From positions 928,001 through 992,000 of the forward strand of contig CAWHTE010000007.1 of assembly GCA_963832165.1 (NCBI GenBank): DNA of 64,000 nucleotides, given 5' to 3'. Of this stretch, positions 40,820-49,736 are shown in pieces. Under the pieces are notes generated by a model. That model was not told the origin of the DNA. It did not search any database and saw only the letters and a list, made by a program, of their open reading frames with translations. Each line of letters opens with the position of its first letter. The stretch's first letter is position 1. Position numbers and translations under genes: made by a program. This DNA comes from an uncultured delta proteobacterium (GTDB lineage: Bacteria > Myxococcota_A > UBA9160 > SMWR01).

Positions 40820-42565
40820 GTGCAGCACTCGCTTCAACGAGCTGTCTTCGATCTTCGATTCGTGCGGCGGTTCGGCCACCTGACCGCGCTCTACTGGAGA
40901 TCCCCCGACGCGGGGAAGGGCGTGCTGCTGCTCGGGGGCGCCGTCTCGCTCGAGCTCGCCACCGTGTATGGCAGCTTCGTACTCGCCGATGCGCAGCGTC
41001 TCATCTACGACGCGCTCCAGGATCGCGCGGCCGCTGCATTCTTCTCGGGCGTCGCGCTGTTCGCGGGCGCCGTGCTCGGGTTCGTAGCCGTATCGACGTA
41101 CCGCGTCTTCGTCCGGCAGGCGCTCGAGATCCGCTGGCGAACCTGGCTCACGGATCATCTGCTCGAGGACTGGATCAGCCCGCATGCGTGCAGCCAGATG
41201 GAGGCGGTGGGCGCGGACGCCGACAATCCCGATCAGCGCATCGCGGAGGACGTGCGCAACTACGTCGCGAGCGCGCTCGGCCTGTCTCTCTCGCTGCTCG
41301 CGGCTCTCGCGACGCTGGCCGCATTCGCCGGGCTGCTCTGGCGCATGTCCAGCGACTGGCCGATCCAGATCGGAGGCGCGCACTTCGACATTCCCGGGTT
41401 CATGATGTGGGTGGCGTTCGCCTATGCCGCCATTGCGAGCTGGATCACGCACCGCGTCGGTCGGCCGCTCGTGCCGATCAACTTCGACCGCCTGCGCCTG
41501 GAAGCCGACTTCCGCTTCGGGTTGGTCCGCTTTCGCGAGAACGCCGAAGAGATCGGGCTGGCGGGCGGGGAGACGTTCGAAGAAGCGAGCGCCGTGGAAC
41601 GCTTCCGGCGCGTTGCCGGGAACTGGTGGCAGCTGATCCGCGCGCAGCGGAACCTGACGCTACTGACCACGGGGATCGGTCAGCTCAACGGAGCGGTACC
41701 GCTACTCGTTGCGGCACCCGGCTACTTCCTCGGCCACCTGACGCTAGGCCGCGTCGCACAGGCCGGGATCGCCTATGGACAGGTCTCGGGCGCGTTGGCC
41801 TGGTTCGTGAACGCCTATCAGGAGATCGCGCTGTGGCGCGCGAGTATCGAGCGCCTGCTCACCTTCACCGACGCCTTGGACGCGTCGCGCACCCGGCACG
41901 CGGAGGGCAGGGTGTGCGTGGAGCGCGACGACCGCGACGCGCTGCAGATCGAGGGTCTGCAGCTCGCGCTGCCCAACGGTCACGCGCTGCTCGAGGCCGG
42001 AAACGTATCGGTGGCCCCGGGCGACCGGATCGCCGTGGGGGGCCCGACCGGCGCCGGTCTGACGACGCTATTCCGCGCGCTCGCGGGTCGCTGGCCATTC
42101 GGCCGCGGTCACATCGCGATGCCGCCGCGCGCGCAGACGATGTTCCTCTCGCCAAAGCCGTACCTTCCGATCGCCACGCTGCGCGCCGCGCTGTCGTATC
42201 CCGCGTCCGAGACCGCGTTCTCGGAAGAGAAGATGCGCGAGGTGCTGACACTGGTGGGACTCCCCGATCTGACGGGTGCGCTCGGCGAGATCGAGCACTG
42301 GGAGAAGCGGCTATCGGACGGCGAGCAGCAGCGCATCGGGATCGCGCGTGCTCTCTTGCACGAGCCGCGGTGGCTGTTCCTCGACGACGCCACCGCCGCG
42401 CTCGACGAGCAGGCCGAGCGCCGCCTGTACACGCTCCTGGAGGAGCGGCTGCCCCAGTCCGCCGTCATTTCGATTGCGCATCGCCCGTCGGTGGCGAGCT
42501 ACCACGCGCGGCACTGGACGCTCGTTCCGCACCCGGATGGACCCGCCGAGCTGCAAGCGGCGTGA
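40820..42565 (+). CDS. ABC half-transporter (YddA/ABCD-like TMD+NBD) with degenerate ATPase motifs
   Basis: DNPDQRIAED, EADFRFGLVR..ENAE EAA-like motif, P..PYLP..TLR, LSDGEQQR, SIAHR. Confidence 0.88.
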   Translation: MQHSLQRAVFDLRFVRRFGHLTALYWRSPDAGKGVLLLGGAVSLELATVYGSFVLADAQRLIYDALQDRAAAAFFSGVALFAGAVLGFVAVSTYRVFVRQALEIRWRTWLTDHLLEDWISPHACSQMEAVGADADNPDQRIAEDVRNYVASALGLSLSLLAALATLAAFAGLLWRMSSDWPIQIGGAHFDIPGFMMWVAFAYAAIASWITHRVGRPLVPINFDRLRLEADFRFGLVRFRENAEEIGLAGGETFEEASAVERFRRVAGNWWQLIRAQRNLTLLTTGIGQLNGAVPLLVAAPGYFLGHLTLGRVAQAGIAYGQVSGALAWFVNAYQEIALWRASIERLLTFTDALDASRTRHAEGRVCVERDDRDALQIEGLQLALPNGHALLEAGNVSVAPGDRIAVGGPTGAGLTTLFRALAGRWPFGRGHIAMPPRAQTMFLSPKPYLPIATLRAALSYPASETAFSEEKMREVLTLVGLPDLTGALGEIEHWEKRLSDGEQQRIGIARALLHEPRWLFLDDATAALDEQAERRLYTLLEERLPQSAVISIAHRPSVASYHARHWTLVPHPDGPAELQAA

Positions 42566-42570
42566 CGACC

Positions 42571-42876
42571 TCAGACGGGCGGCATGGGTCGGAGCGCCGT
42601 TCCCACGAAGTAGATGCCGAGCAGGCTCACGGCCGTGATCAACAGCCAGGCATCGGTGAGGCGACTCAACAAGACCGGAGCGTGCCTCACTTCCATGAAT
42701 TCCCTGAAGATGATCCTGACTTTGATCAGCGCTATCGCGATCACAGCGCACGTGATCGCGATGTTTGCCCTGAATGCGTCCTGACCATCGAGTGATCCAA
42801 CCGAAAGCGACGCGATCGTGATCGCCGACAGGGCCAGCCAGGCGATCAGCAACCTCTTCTCGAATCCCGCGTTCAC
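42571..42876 (-). CDS. Cytochrome c oxidase subunit IV family protein
   Basis: Three TM helices; IKVRIIFREFMEVRHAP. Confidence 0.8.
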   Translation of the reverse strand: MNAGFEKRLLIAWLALSAITIASLSVGSLDGQDAFRANIAITCAVIAIALIKVRIIFREFMEVRHAPVLLSRLTDAWLLITAVSLLGIYFVGTALRPMPPV

Positions 42877-42879
42877 GGA

Positions 42880-43452
42880 TCACCTCACGACATAGAGCAA
42901 TGAAAAGATCATGACCCAGAGAAAGTCCACTGTGTGCCAGTAGGTGGCGCCCGTTTCGACGAGCTCCTGGGAGCGGCGCGCGGGACTCGAGAGCTGGTAC
43001 ACGACGACACCGAGGACCACGAAGCCGATCAGCAGGTGCAGGAAGTGGATTCCGGTGAGGAAGTAGTAGAACGAGAAGAATTCGTTGGTCGAGAACGCGT
43101 AGCCCTTCTGGATCTCCCGGCTCCATTCGAACACCTTCGAGGCGAGGAAGGCGAGGCCGAAGAACAGCGTCAGGAACACATTCGCCAATGCGGGGCGGTA
43201 TGCCCGTTCTCGGGCCGCCTGGACGCATCGCGCCATGGACCACGAGCTGGCAAGCAGAACCAGGGTGTTGAGGACCCCGATCCGCAGGTCCAGCTGAGCC
43301 TGGGAGCTCAGAAACAGCTCCGGGCTCTGCATGCGGCGAACCATGTAGACGCCGAAATAGCCGGTGAAGAGGAGTGCTTCGAAGAGAACGAAGGCCCACA
43401 TGTCCGGTTGGCCGGGCACGAACCGCGCCGGTTTCGCGAAATCGCTCGTCAC
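42880..43452 (-). CDS. Cytochrome c oxidase subunit III family protein (NorE-like short form)
   Basis: NTLVLLASS, FFSFYYFLTGIHFLH, YWHTVDFLW. Confidence 0.88.
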   Translation of the reverse strand: MTSDFAKPARFVPGQPDMWAFVLFEALLFTGYFGVYMVRRMQSPELFLSSQAQLDLRIGVLNTLVLLASSWSMARCVQAARERAYRPALANVFLTLFFGLAFLASKVFEWSREIQKGYAFSTNEFFSFYYFLTGIHFLHLLIGFVVLGVVVYQLSSPARRSQELVETGATYWHTVDFLWVMIFSLLYVVR

Positions 43453-44282
43453 CGGCTGCGCGCTCCGACCAGACCCGACGGCGCCTCTGCGGCTTCCGAC
43501 TCGAGCTCCGGCAGCACACCGGTGCCGAAGTCCTCACGGACGATCATCTTGCGGATCAGAGTGATGAACACGGCCGTGTAGATGACGAACACGACCATGT
43601 CGAGCCACCACGTGATCGCGCCGTCCCAGGCGAAGACACCCTGCTTGAAGATCCACGCGGGTGCCACGACGACCTCGGTGAGCGCGTTGCAGAGGTTCAG
43701 GTAGGCGAACCACTTCGGGAAGACGCGATTCTTGTCGAGCAGGATCGCGACCATCCAGACGAGCGAGCCGATCAGGAACACGCCCATGGTTCCGTCGAAC
43801 GCCATGAACGCGAAGTCGTAGAGCCAGCTGATCAGCTCGGGATCGCGGTCGGGGCGCATGGCCCCGACCACCAGCGCGACGCACGTCAGCAGCATGCCGG
43901 GAACCGCGGCGAGCGAATAGATCAGGAGATACGAATAGGCGAACACGGGGCTCACCGACATGCGCCGCATCGAATAAGCGAGGAGCGCATTGACCGCTCC
44001 CAGCATGCCCGTGATGAGGAAGACGATGCCGAAGCCGATGATCAAGCCGTAGTGATTCCCATTGAACCACTGCACGATCGTCGAGGTGTCCCACCAGGCT
44101 GGCGGCGGCGGCTGGACGCGCGTGACCATGAAGAAGAGCAGACCGTACAGCTGGTAGAAGACGACCATCGCCCACCAGGCGATCCACAGCTCGAGCTTGG
44201 GATCGTGGCGCCAGTGCCAGGCGATCCGTTCGAGCCGCGTGCCCGACGGCACGGATGGCGTCCCCGTCACCGCAGCGCTCAT
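43449..44282 (-). CDS. Uncharacterised integral membrane protein (paralog of upstream gene)
   Basis: About 6 TM helices; MRPDRDPELISWLYD, FPKWFAYLN, AWDG. Confidence 0.8.
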   Translation of the reverse strand: MSAAVTGTPSVPSGTRLERIAWHWRHDPKLELWIAWWAMVVFYQLYGLLFFMVTRVQPPPPAWWDTSTIVQWFNGNHYGLIIGFGIVFLITGMLGAVNALLAYSMRRMSVSPVFAYSYLLIYSLAAVPGMLLTCVALVVGAMRPDRDPELISWLYDFAFMAFDGTMGVFLIGSLVWMVAILLDKNRVFPKWFAYLNLCNALTEVVVAPAWIFKQGVFAWDGAITWWLDMVVFVIYTAVFITLIRKMIVREDFGTGVLPELESEAAEAPSGLVGARSR

Positions 44283-44995
44283 GCGGGGACCACTGCTTGC
44301 TCACGCCGCTCGCGGTGGATTGCCTGGCCGAGAACGACACCCATGACGGCGATCCAGAGCGCAATGGCGGCGTTGCGGATCCAGAACGAGAGCAACCCGT
44401 CCCAGGCCATGACACCCGCGAGTGCCAGCGCGGTGAAAGAAGCCGGCGCCAGCGCGGCCGCCACAACAAGATTGAAGTGCGCCACCCAGGTCTTGAATAC
44501 GGGCCGGGGTTGCCGGTCGAGGTAGATCGCCAGCGCGAGGAGCACGCTCTGTCCGATCAGGAAGCCGACCTGGCTCGTGAAGGTCACCCAGGCGAGATCG
44601 TTGAAGAGCTGGGTCAGCTGCGGGTCCCGCTCCGGCCGGAAGGCGGCGAGGAGCCAGAACAGATTGGCGATGAGGAAGAGCGTAGGTCCGCCGGATGCGC
44701 ACCCGAGCAGGGCATACGAGAAGATCGGGGTGCGATGCGCCATCCGACGAACCTGCAGCACGATCAGCACCAGCATCGGGATCAGCCCTACGCCGAACCA
44801 GTTGAACAGGATCATGCTGTAGCGAATGCGCGAAAGGTTCTCCGGATCGCGATAGAAAGCAGCCACGTCCTCCGCAGACATCGTCGGCGACATCGGATGG
44901 ACGAAGCCTGGGAACAACAAGAACGCGGCAATCCAGATTATTCCCAACGCGGGCAACGTCCACAGCAAGATCAACTCGCCATCGGTCCTTCTCAT
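44279..44995 (-). CDS. Uncharacterised integral membrane protein
   Basis: About 6 TM helices; FRPERDPQLTQLFND, FKTWVAHFN, AWDG; ATGA coupling to the next gene. Confidence 0.8.
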   Translation of the reverse strand: MRRTDGELILLWTLPALGIIWIAAFLLFPGFVHPMSPTMSAEDVAAFYRDPENLSRIRYSMILFNWFGVGLIPMLVLIVLQVRRMAHRTPIFSYALLGCASGGPTLFLIANLFWLLAAFRPERDPQLTQLFNDLAWVTFTSQVGFLIGQSVLLALAIYLDRQPRPVFKTWVAHFNLVVAAALAPASFTALALAGVMAWDGLLSFWIRNAAIALWIAVMGVVLGQAIHRERREQAVVPA

Positions 44996-45016
44996 CCCTT
45001 CGATCCTCCGACGATA

Positions 45017-45056
45017 CATAGCCGATCGGCTATGACGATATAGCCGATCGGCTATG
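45017..45056. promoter_or_regulatory. Twin palindromic TetR operators
   Basis: CATAGCCGATCGGCTATG (45017-45034) and ATAGCCGATCGGCTAT (45040-45055): perfect palindromes with a 22 bp period. Confidence 0.8.
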
Positions 45057-45075
45057 ATGAAGCTATCGTCGCGGA

Positions 45076-45978
45076 ATGAGCTCCGCCAACGCAGCGATGC
45101 CTCTGGGCTCCGCCTCCTACACCGCTCCGCAGACCCGGATCATCGAAGCTGCGCTCGTCCTGTTCGCCGAGCACGGCGTCAGCGGGACATCCCTGCAGAT
45201 GATCGCGGACGCGATCGGGGTGACGAAGGCGGCCGTCTACCAGCAGTACAACACCAAGGACGAGATCATCCTCGTTGTCGCCCAGGTCGTGCTCGCGCGT
45301 CTCGATGCCGCCGCCACGGCCGCGGAGGCGGAGCGCTCGCGCTCGCGAGCGCGCGAGGTCTTGATCTCGAGAATGATCGATCTCGCCGTCGAGAGTCGCC
45401 GCATGGCGAGCATCCTCCAGCAGGATCCGGTCATGCTGCGCTTTCTCGACGAGCACGAGCCGTTCCGGCGCGTGATGGAGCGCGTGAACCGCCTGATGAT
45501 GGGCGGTGCCTCCGACCCTCAGGCTCGCGTTAGGGCCGCGGTGCTCATCACGTGCATCGGCGGCGCCGTGATCCACCCGCTCGTGCTGGATCTCGACGAC
45601 GAGAGCCTTCGCTCGCAGCTCCTGAAGCAGGCGCGAAAGCTGCTACCGCTCCGCGGCCGATCGCGACGAGCCGCGGCGCGAAATGGCTCGGGTCGAGATT
45701 CACCCGTTCCGGCTCCAAGGGCGGGTTGCGGCCCGGGTCCGTGGCGCCGGCACCGATGCGCTCGAGATACACCACGGCGGGAACGATCGCGAGACGGCGG
45801 AACTCGCGTGCACGCAGGATCTCGAGTGTGCCGTGCACCCGGCCCTCGTCCGGAGCCCGGAACAAGGACGACCCGGTGCAACCGAGGAACCCCACCAGCG
45901 CGCAGATCAACGCGCACGCGAGGCGGCGGGCGCCCCGGCGCCAGCGCGCATCCGGCAACGGGTGAGTCATGGCGATAG
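45076..45978 (+). CDS. TetR/AcrR family regulator (domain ends about 45655; long read-through tail)
   Basis: TSLQMIADAIGVTKAAVYQQYNTKDEI HTH. Confidence 0.85.
   Translation: MSSANAAMPLGSASYTAPQTRIIEAALVLFAEHGVSGTSLQMIADAIGVTKAAVYQQYNTKDEIILVVAQVVLARLDAAATAAEAERSRSRAREVLISRMIDLAVESRRMASILQQDPVMLRFLDEHEPFRRVMERVNRLMMGGASDPQARVRAAVLITCIGGAVIHPLVLDLDDESLRSQLLKQARKLLPLRGRSRRAAARNGSGRDSPVPAPRAGCGPGPWRRHRCARDTPRRERSRDGGTRVHAGSRVCRAPGPRPEPGTRTTRCNRGTPPARRSTRTRGGGRPGASAHPATGESWR
45645..45970 (-). pseudogene. Truncated exported protein (carboxypeptidase-like/cupredoxin-like N-terminus)
   Basis: Lipobox FLGC, GRVHGTL, AVVYLE, FAPRLVAIGRG; sense lost where it meets the TetR gene. Confidence 0.45.
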
Positions 45979-46052
45979 TCCCGATCTGAGAGTGGCCTTC
46001 GGACCATCGACGGGACCCCCACCCCTCTTGAACACATCTCCGTGACGGCCTA

Positions 46053-46889
46053 TCAGCCGCTCTTCGTGAAGCGATCCCGGAGCGCCCGTCCTCCCGAGAC
46101 CCGAGAGAGGCCGCGAATGCCGAAGCCTCCATCGAAGTTCAGGATCGAGCCCGTTGCAGGTGCGGATTCGTCTCGCGCGGCGAAGAACACGTAGGCGGCC
46201 GCGTACTCCTCGGCGCTCGGAATGCGCCCGAGCGGTATGAAGTCCGGAGCGATCTTCGCGAGGCCGAGACTCGAGATCGTTCTCTGGTCCATCCCCAGAC
46301 TGGCGGGGCCGGCGAGGTTCGTCTCGATCGCGCCCGGCGCGATCCCATTGACGCGCACCGCGGGCGCGAGCTCGAACGCGAGCTGCCGCACGAGCCCGAC
46401 GAGCGCGTGTTTGCTCATCGTGTAGAGAGCACCGCCGCCATCCGGATAGAAGCCGGCGTTGGAGATCGTGACCAAGAGCGACCCCGCCGAGCGCACGAGC
46501 GCGGGGAGGGCGGCCTTCGCGAGCAGCAGGGGACCCTTGCTGTTGACCCCTACCACTTCGTCGAACGCGGGCCCGATCGCGTCTTCATCGAGGTCGGCGA
46601 GCGCACGGGAGTAGTCCCAGATGCCGGCGTTCGCGATGGCACAGTCGAGCTGGCCGAACGCGTGCACACACCGCGCGACGGCGTCTCTGTTGCTGTCGAC
46701 GGATCGGACGTCGCCGACGAGCGCCGCGATCCGCGCTCCGTGGTCGCGGCGAAGTGCGTCGACACCCGCCTCGGATCGATCCAGGATCGCGACCCGCGCG
46801 CCCTCGGCGACGAAGCGGTCCACGATCGCCCGCCCGAGACCCGAGGCCCCGCCGGTCACGAGCGCTACCTGCCCCTCGAGCCGGCCCAT
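46053..46889 (-). CDS. cis-dihydrodiol dehydrogenase (BphB/HcaB-like SDR)
   Basis: TGGASGLG, NAGIWDY, SNAGFYPDGGGALYTMSKHA, FELAP. Confidence 0.88.
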   Translation of the reverse strand: MGRLEGQVALVTGGASGLGRAIVDRFVAEGARVAILDRSEAGVDALRRDHGARIAALVGDVRSVDSNRDAVARCVHAFGQLDCAIANAGIWDYSRALADLDEDAIGPAFDEVVGVNSKGPLLLAKAALPALVRSAGSLLVTISNAGFYPDGGGALYTMSKHALVGLVRQLAFELAPAVRVNGIAPGAIETNLAGPASLGMDQRTISSLGLAKIAPDFIPLGRIPSAEEYAAAYVFFAARDESAPATGSILNFDGGFGIRGLSRVSGGRALRDRFTKSG

Positions 46890-46943
46890 GGTGGGACTCC
46901 TTCAACTACCTTCCCCTGCGTATTGTTCGCGAAGGAGACGGAG

Positions 46944-48284
46944 ATGGACACCCCCAACGCGAGGCAATGGGTCGACTTCGAGAAGGGGCTCGTCGACCGG
47001 ATCATCTTCTCGGATCCCGAGATCTACCGGATCGAGATGGAGCGGATCTTCGCCCGCGCCTGGAGCTTCGTCTGCCACGAGTCGCAGATCCCCCGCGTTG
47101 GCGACTTCTTCCAGACCTACATCGGCGAAGACCGGATCCTCGCGGTCCGCAACAAGCAGGGCACCGTGTCCGTGTTGCTCAATACCTGCCGGCACCGCGC
47201 AAACGCCGTGTGTCGCGCCGAGCAGGGGAACGCGAAGGTCTTCACCTGTCCCTATCACGGGTGGTCCTATGGGCTCGACGGCGAGCTCGTGGGCGTGCCG
47301 GGCCTCAAGGACTTCTACCGCAGCGACCTCGACAAGAAGGAATGGGGGCTCGCGCGAGCCGCGCACGTGACGAGCTACCGCGGACTCGTCTTCGCGACCC
47401 TCGATCCGGCGGCGGTTCCGCTCGACGAGTATCTGGGGGAGGTCGGGCGGATCGGGCTCGATTTCATCGCCGAACGCGGCGAGATCGAGGTGATCGACGG
47501 CGTCCAGAAGAACGTCGTCGCGTGCAACTGGAAGCTCGCAGTGGACAACCTCTTCGACTGGTACCACCCCGTGGTATCGCATCGCTCCGCGATCCAGTCC
47601 GGCGTCTTCCCGAGGCTTCAAGACGAAGAGGTCGCCTTCGCCCCGATGAGCCAGATGGTGATGCTAGGCGAATACGGGCACGGCATCGGCGGTCCGATGA
47701 TCTCCGAAGACGTCATGGCGCAGGTGCGCGCGCACGTCGGCGATCCCGGCGCTACAGCCGCGCGCCTGAACGTGGAGCCGTGGCGATTCCGCGCGAAGGC
47801 GCAGGAAGCGCTCGGCCCGCATGGAATCCGGTCGCGGGGACACCCGAGCATCTTCCCCAACGTCTGGATCACGCTGAACGGCTCTCAGCTCTGTCTCCGG
47901 ATCCCGCGCGGTCCGCAGAAGACCGAGCTCTGGTGGTTCACGTTCGCGAACAAGAACGCGACTCCGGAGCAGAGGCAATCGCTCGTCCGGATCACCACGC
48001 ACATGTTTGGTCCAGCGGGACTCCTCGAGCAGGACGACGGAGAGAACTGGGACCAGTGCACTCGCGGAACGATCGGACCTGTTGCGCGGCGCTACCCGCT
48101 GAACTTCGCGATGGGCCGCGGCCATGATCGGGTGCGAAACGACGGGGGCCAAAGGCGCGTCGAGACCGTGGTGAACGAGCACGGGCAGCGCTGGACGTAC
48201 CGCGCCTGGGCCGAATGGATGGATGCCGTGGACTGGCCCGATCTCCGGAGGAACCATTCGCCCGCGCCGAGCGGCGCCATCTAG
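46944..48284 (+). CDS. Aromatic ring-hydroxylating dioxygenase alpha subunit
   Basis: Rieske CRHR..CPYHGW; NWK..DN..DWYH..SH; GPAGLLEQDDGENW. Confidence 0.93.
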   Translation: MDTPNARQWVDFEKGLVDRIIFSDPEIYRIEMERIFARAWSFVCHESQIPRVGDFFQTYIGEDRILAVRNKQGTVSVLLNTCRHRANAVCRAEQGNAKVFTCPYHGWSYGLDGELVGVPGLKDFYRSDLDKKEWGLARAAHVTSYRGLVFATLDPAAVPLDEYLGEVGRIGLDFIAERGEIEVIDGVQKNVVACNWKLAVDNLFDWYHPVVSHRSAIQSGVFPRLQDEEVAFAPMSQMVMLGEYGHGIGGPMISEDVMAQVRAHVGDPGATAARLNVEPWRFRAKAQEALGPHGIRSRGHPSIFPNVWITLNGSQLCLRIPRGPQKTELWWFTFANKNATPEQRQSLVRITTHMFGPAGLLEQDDGENWDQCTRGTIGPVARRYPLNFAMGRGHDRVRNDGGQRRVETVVNEHGQRWTYRAWAEWMDAVDWPDLRRNHSPAPSGAI

Positions 48285-48293
48285 GGGCTCGCA

Positions 48294-48812
48294 ATGGATC
48301 GCGAAATCGCTGCGGTGCTGCTGCAGCACGAGGTCGAGCAGTTCTATTACGCGGAAGCCGCGCTTCTCGACGAGCGTCGCTTCACCGAGTGGCTCGACCT
48401 CTTGACCTCCGACATCCACTACTGGATGCCGATCCGGCGGACCGTGATGAACGCCGACCTCGACCAGGAGTTCACCAAGCCCGGCGCGATGGCGTTCTTC
48501 GACGACGACAAGACCATGCTCGAGGCCCGCGTCAAGAAGCTCGCCACGGGTTACGCATGGTCCGAGGACCCGCCCTCGCGAACGAGACACATGGTGAACA
48601 ACGTGCGCATTCTCGCGGTGGACGGAGACGAGCTGACCGTCGAGTCCAACTTCCACCTCTACCGCACGCGTCTCGAATCCGAGGAGGACGGCTGGCTCGG
48701 CCGGCGCCGTGATCGCCTCCGCCGCGTGGACGGCGCGCTGCGGATCGCCGAACGCCACGTGTTCCTGGATCAGACACTGATCCTGTCGCGCAACCTCAGC
48801 AACTTCTTCTGA
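48294..48812 (+). CDS. Aromatic ring-hydroxylating dioxygenase beta subunit
   Basis: EAALLDERRF, YWMP, WSEDPPSRTRH, NLSNFF. Confidence 0.93.
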   Translation: MDREIAAVLLQHEVEQFYYAEAALLDERRFTEWLDLLTSDIHYWMPIRRTVMNADLDQEFTKPGAMAFFDDDKTMLEARVKKLATGYAWSEDPPSRTRHMVNNVRILAVDGDELTVESNFHLYRTRLESEEDGWLGRRRDRLRRVDGALRIAERHVFLDQTLILSRNLSNFF

Positions 48813-48823
48813 GGAGAATCGCC

Positions 48824-49714
48824 GTGACTCGCATCGCCCGCCTCGGATATCTCGAATTCGAAGTCTCCGATCCAAGCGCGTGGAGGACCTTTGCGGCCGA
48901 TCGGCTGGGTCTCGCGGTGGGTGCCGAGCACGCGGATGGCTCGATGGCGCTGCGCATGGACGAGCAGGCGCAGCGGATCTTTCTCCGCCCGGGCGAGCGC
49001 GACGACCTCGCCTGCGCGGGCCTGGAGGTGGCGGACGAGGCGTCGCTGCGAGCGCTCGCGACCCAGCTCGAGGCGGCTGGAGTTCCGGTCCTCGAGGCGA
49101 GCGCCGAGGTGGCGACACAGCGCGGCGTAGATCATCTCTACCGGCTGGAGGACCCGAGCGGCATTCCGATCGAGCTCTTCAGCGGTCCGAAGTCGGGCAG
49201 CCGCTTCTCGTCCAGCCTCGTGCCGTCCGGCTTCTGCACCGGGGACGAGGGCCTCGGGCACGCCGTCGTGCTAGTCCGCAATGCGGAGAGCACGCAGCAT
49301 TTCTACTGCGATCTGCTCGGCATGCGCGTCTCCGACTACATCGAGTCGGAAATCGCTCCGGGCCGCAAGCTCCGGATCGCCTTTCTGCACGCGAACGCCC
49401 GGCACCACACGCTGGCCTTCTTCGAGGGGCCGCCCCGGAAGCGGATCCACCACTTCATGATCGAGATGAACGCGATGAACGATGTGGGGCTCGCATGGGA
49501 CCGCTGCGTCGACGCGGGCGTGCCGATCGCCAACGCGCTCGGTCAGCATCCGAACGACCAGATGTTCTCGTTCTATGCGCGCACGCCCTCGGGCTTCGCG
49601 GTCGAGGTCGGCTGGGGCGGTCGCAAGGTGGACGACGCAACGTGGGAAGTCCGCACCTACGATCGGATGAGCAGCTGGGGGCACCGACCCGCGCTCGACC
49701 GGGGAGCGCGCTGA
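48824..49714 (+). CDS. Type I extradiol dioxygenase (BphC/HsaC-like)
   Basis: LGYL, GLGHAV, NARHHTLA, HHFMIE, LGQHPND..SFY..TPSGFAVE. Confidence 0.92.
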   Translation: MTRIARLGYLEFEVSDPSAWRTFAADRLGLAVGAEHADGSMALRMDEQAQRIFLRPGERDDLACAGLEVADEASLRALATQLEAAGVPVLEASAEVATQRGVDHLYRLEDPSGIPIELFSGPKSGSRFSSSLVPSGFCTGDEGLGHAVVLVRNAESTQHFYCDLLGMRVSDYIESEIAPGRKLRIAFLHANARHHTLAFFEGPPRKRIHHFMIEMNAMNDVGLAWDRCVDAGVPIANALGQHPNDQMFSFYARTPSGFAVEVGWGGRKVDDATWEVRTYDRMSSWGHRPALDRGAR

Positions 49715-49736
49715 GAGCGCCGTTCATCCAGGGTCG

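Noticed and set aside
42571..43452. A complete terminal oxidase operon
   Set aside because: No subunit I or II and no heme/Cu-ligand-bearing genes nearby.
45017..45056. Repeated palindrome as a possible mini-CRISPR or REP element
   Set aside because: Only two copies a few bases apart, no spacers or cas genes; position between divergent genes fits TetR operators.
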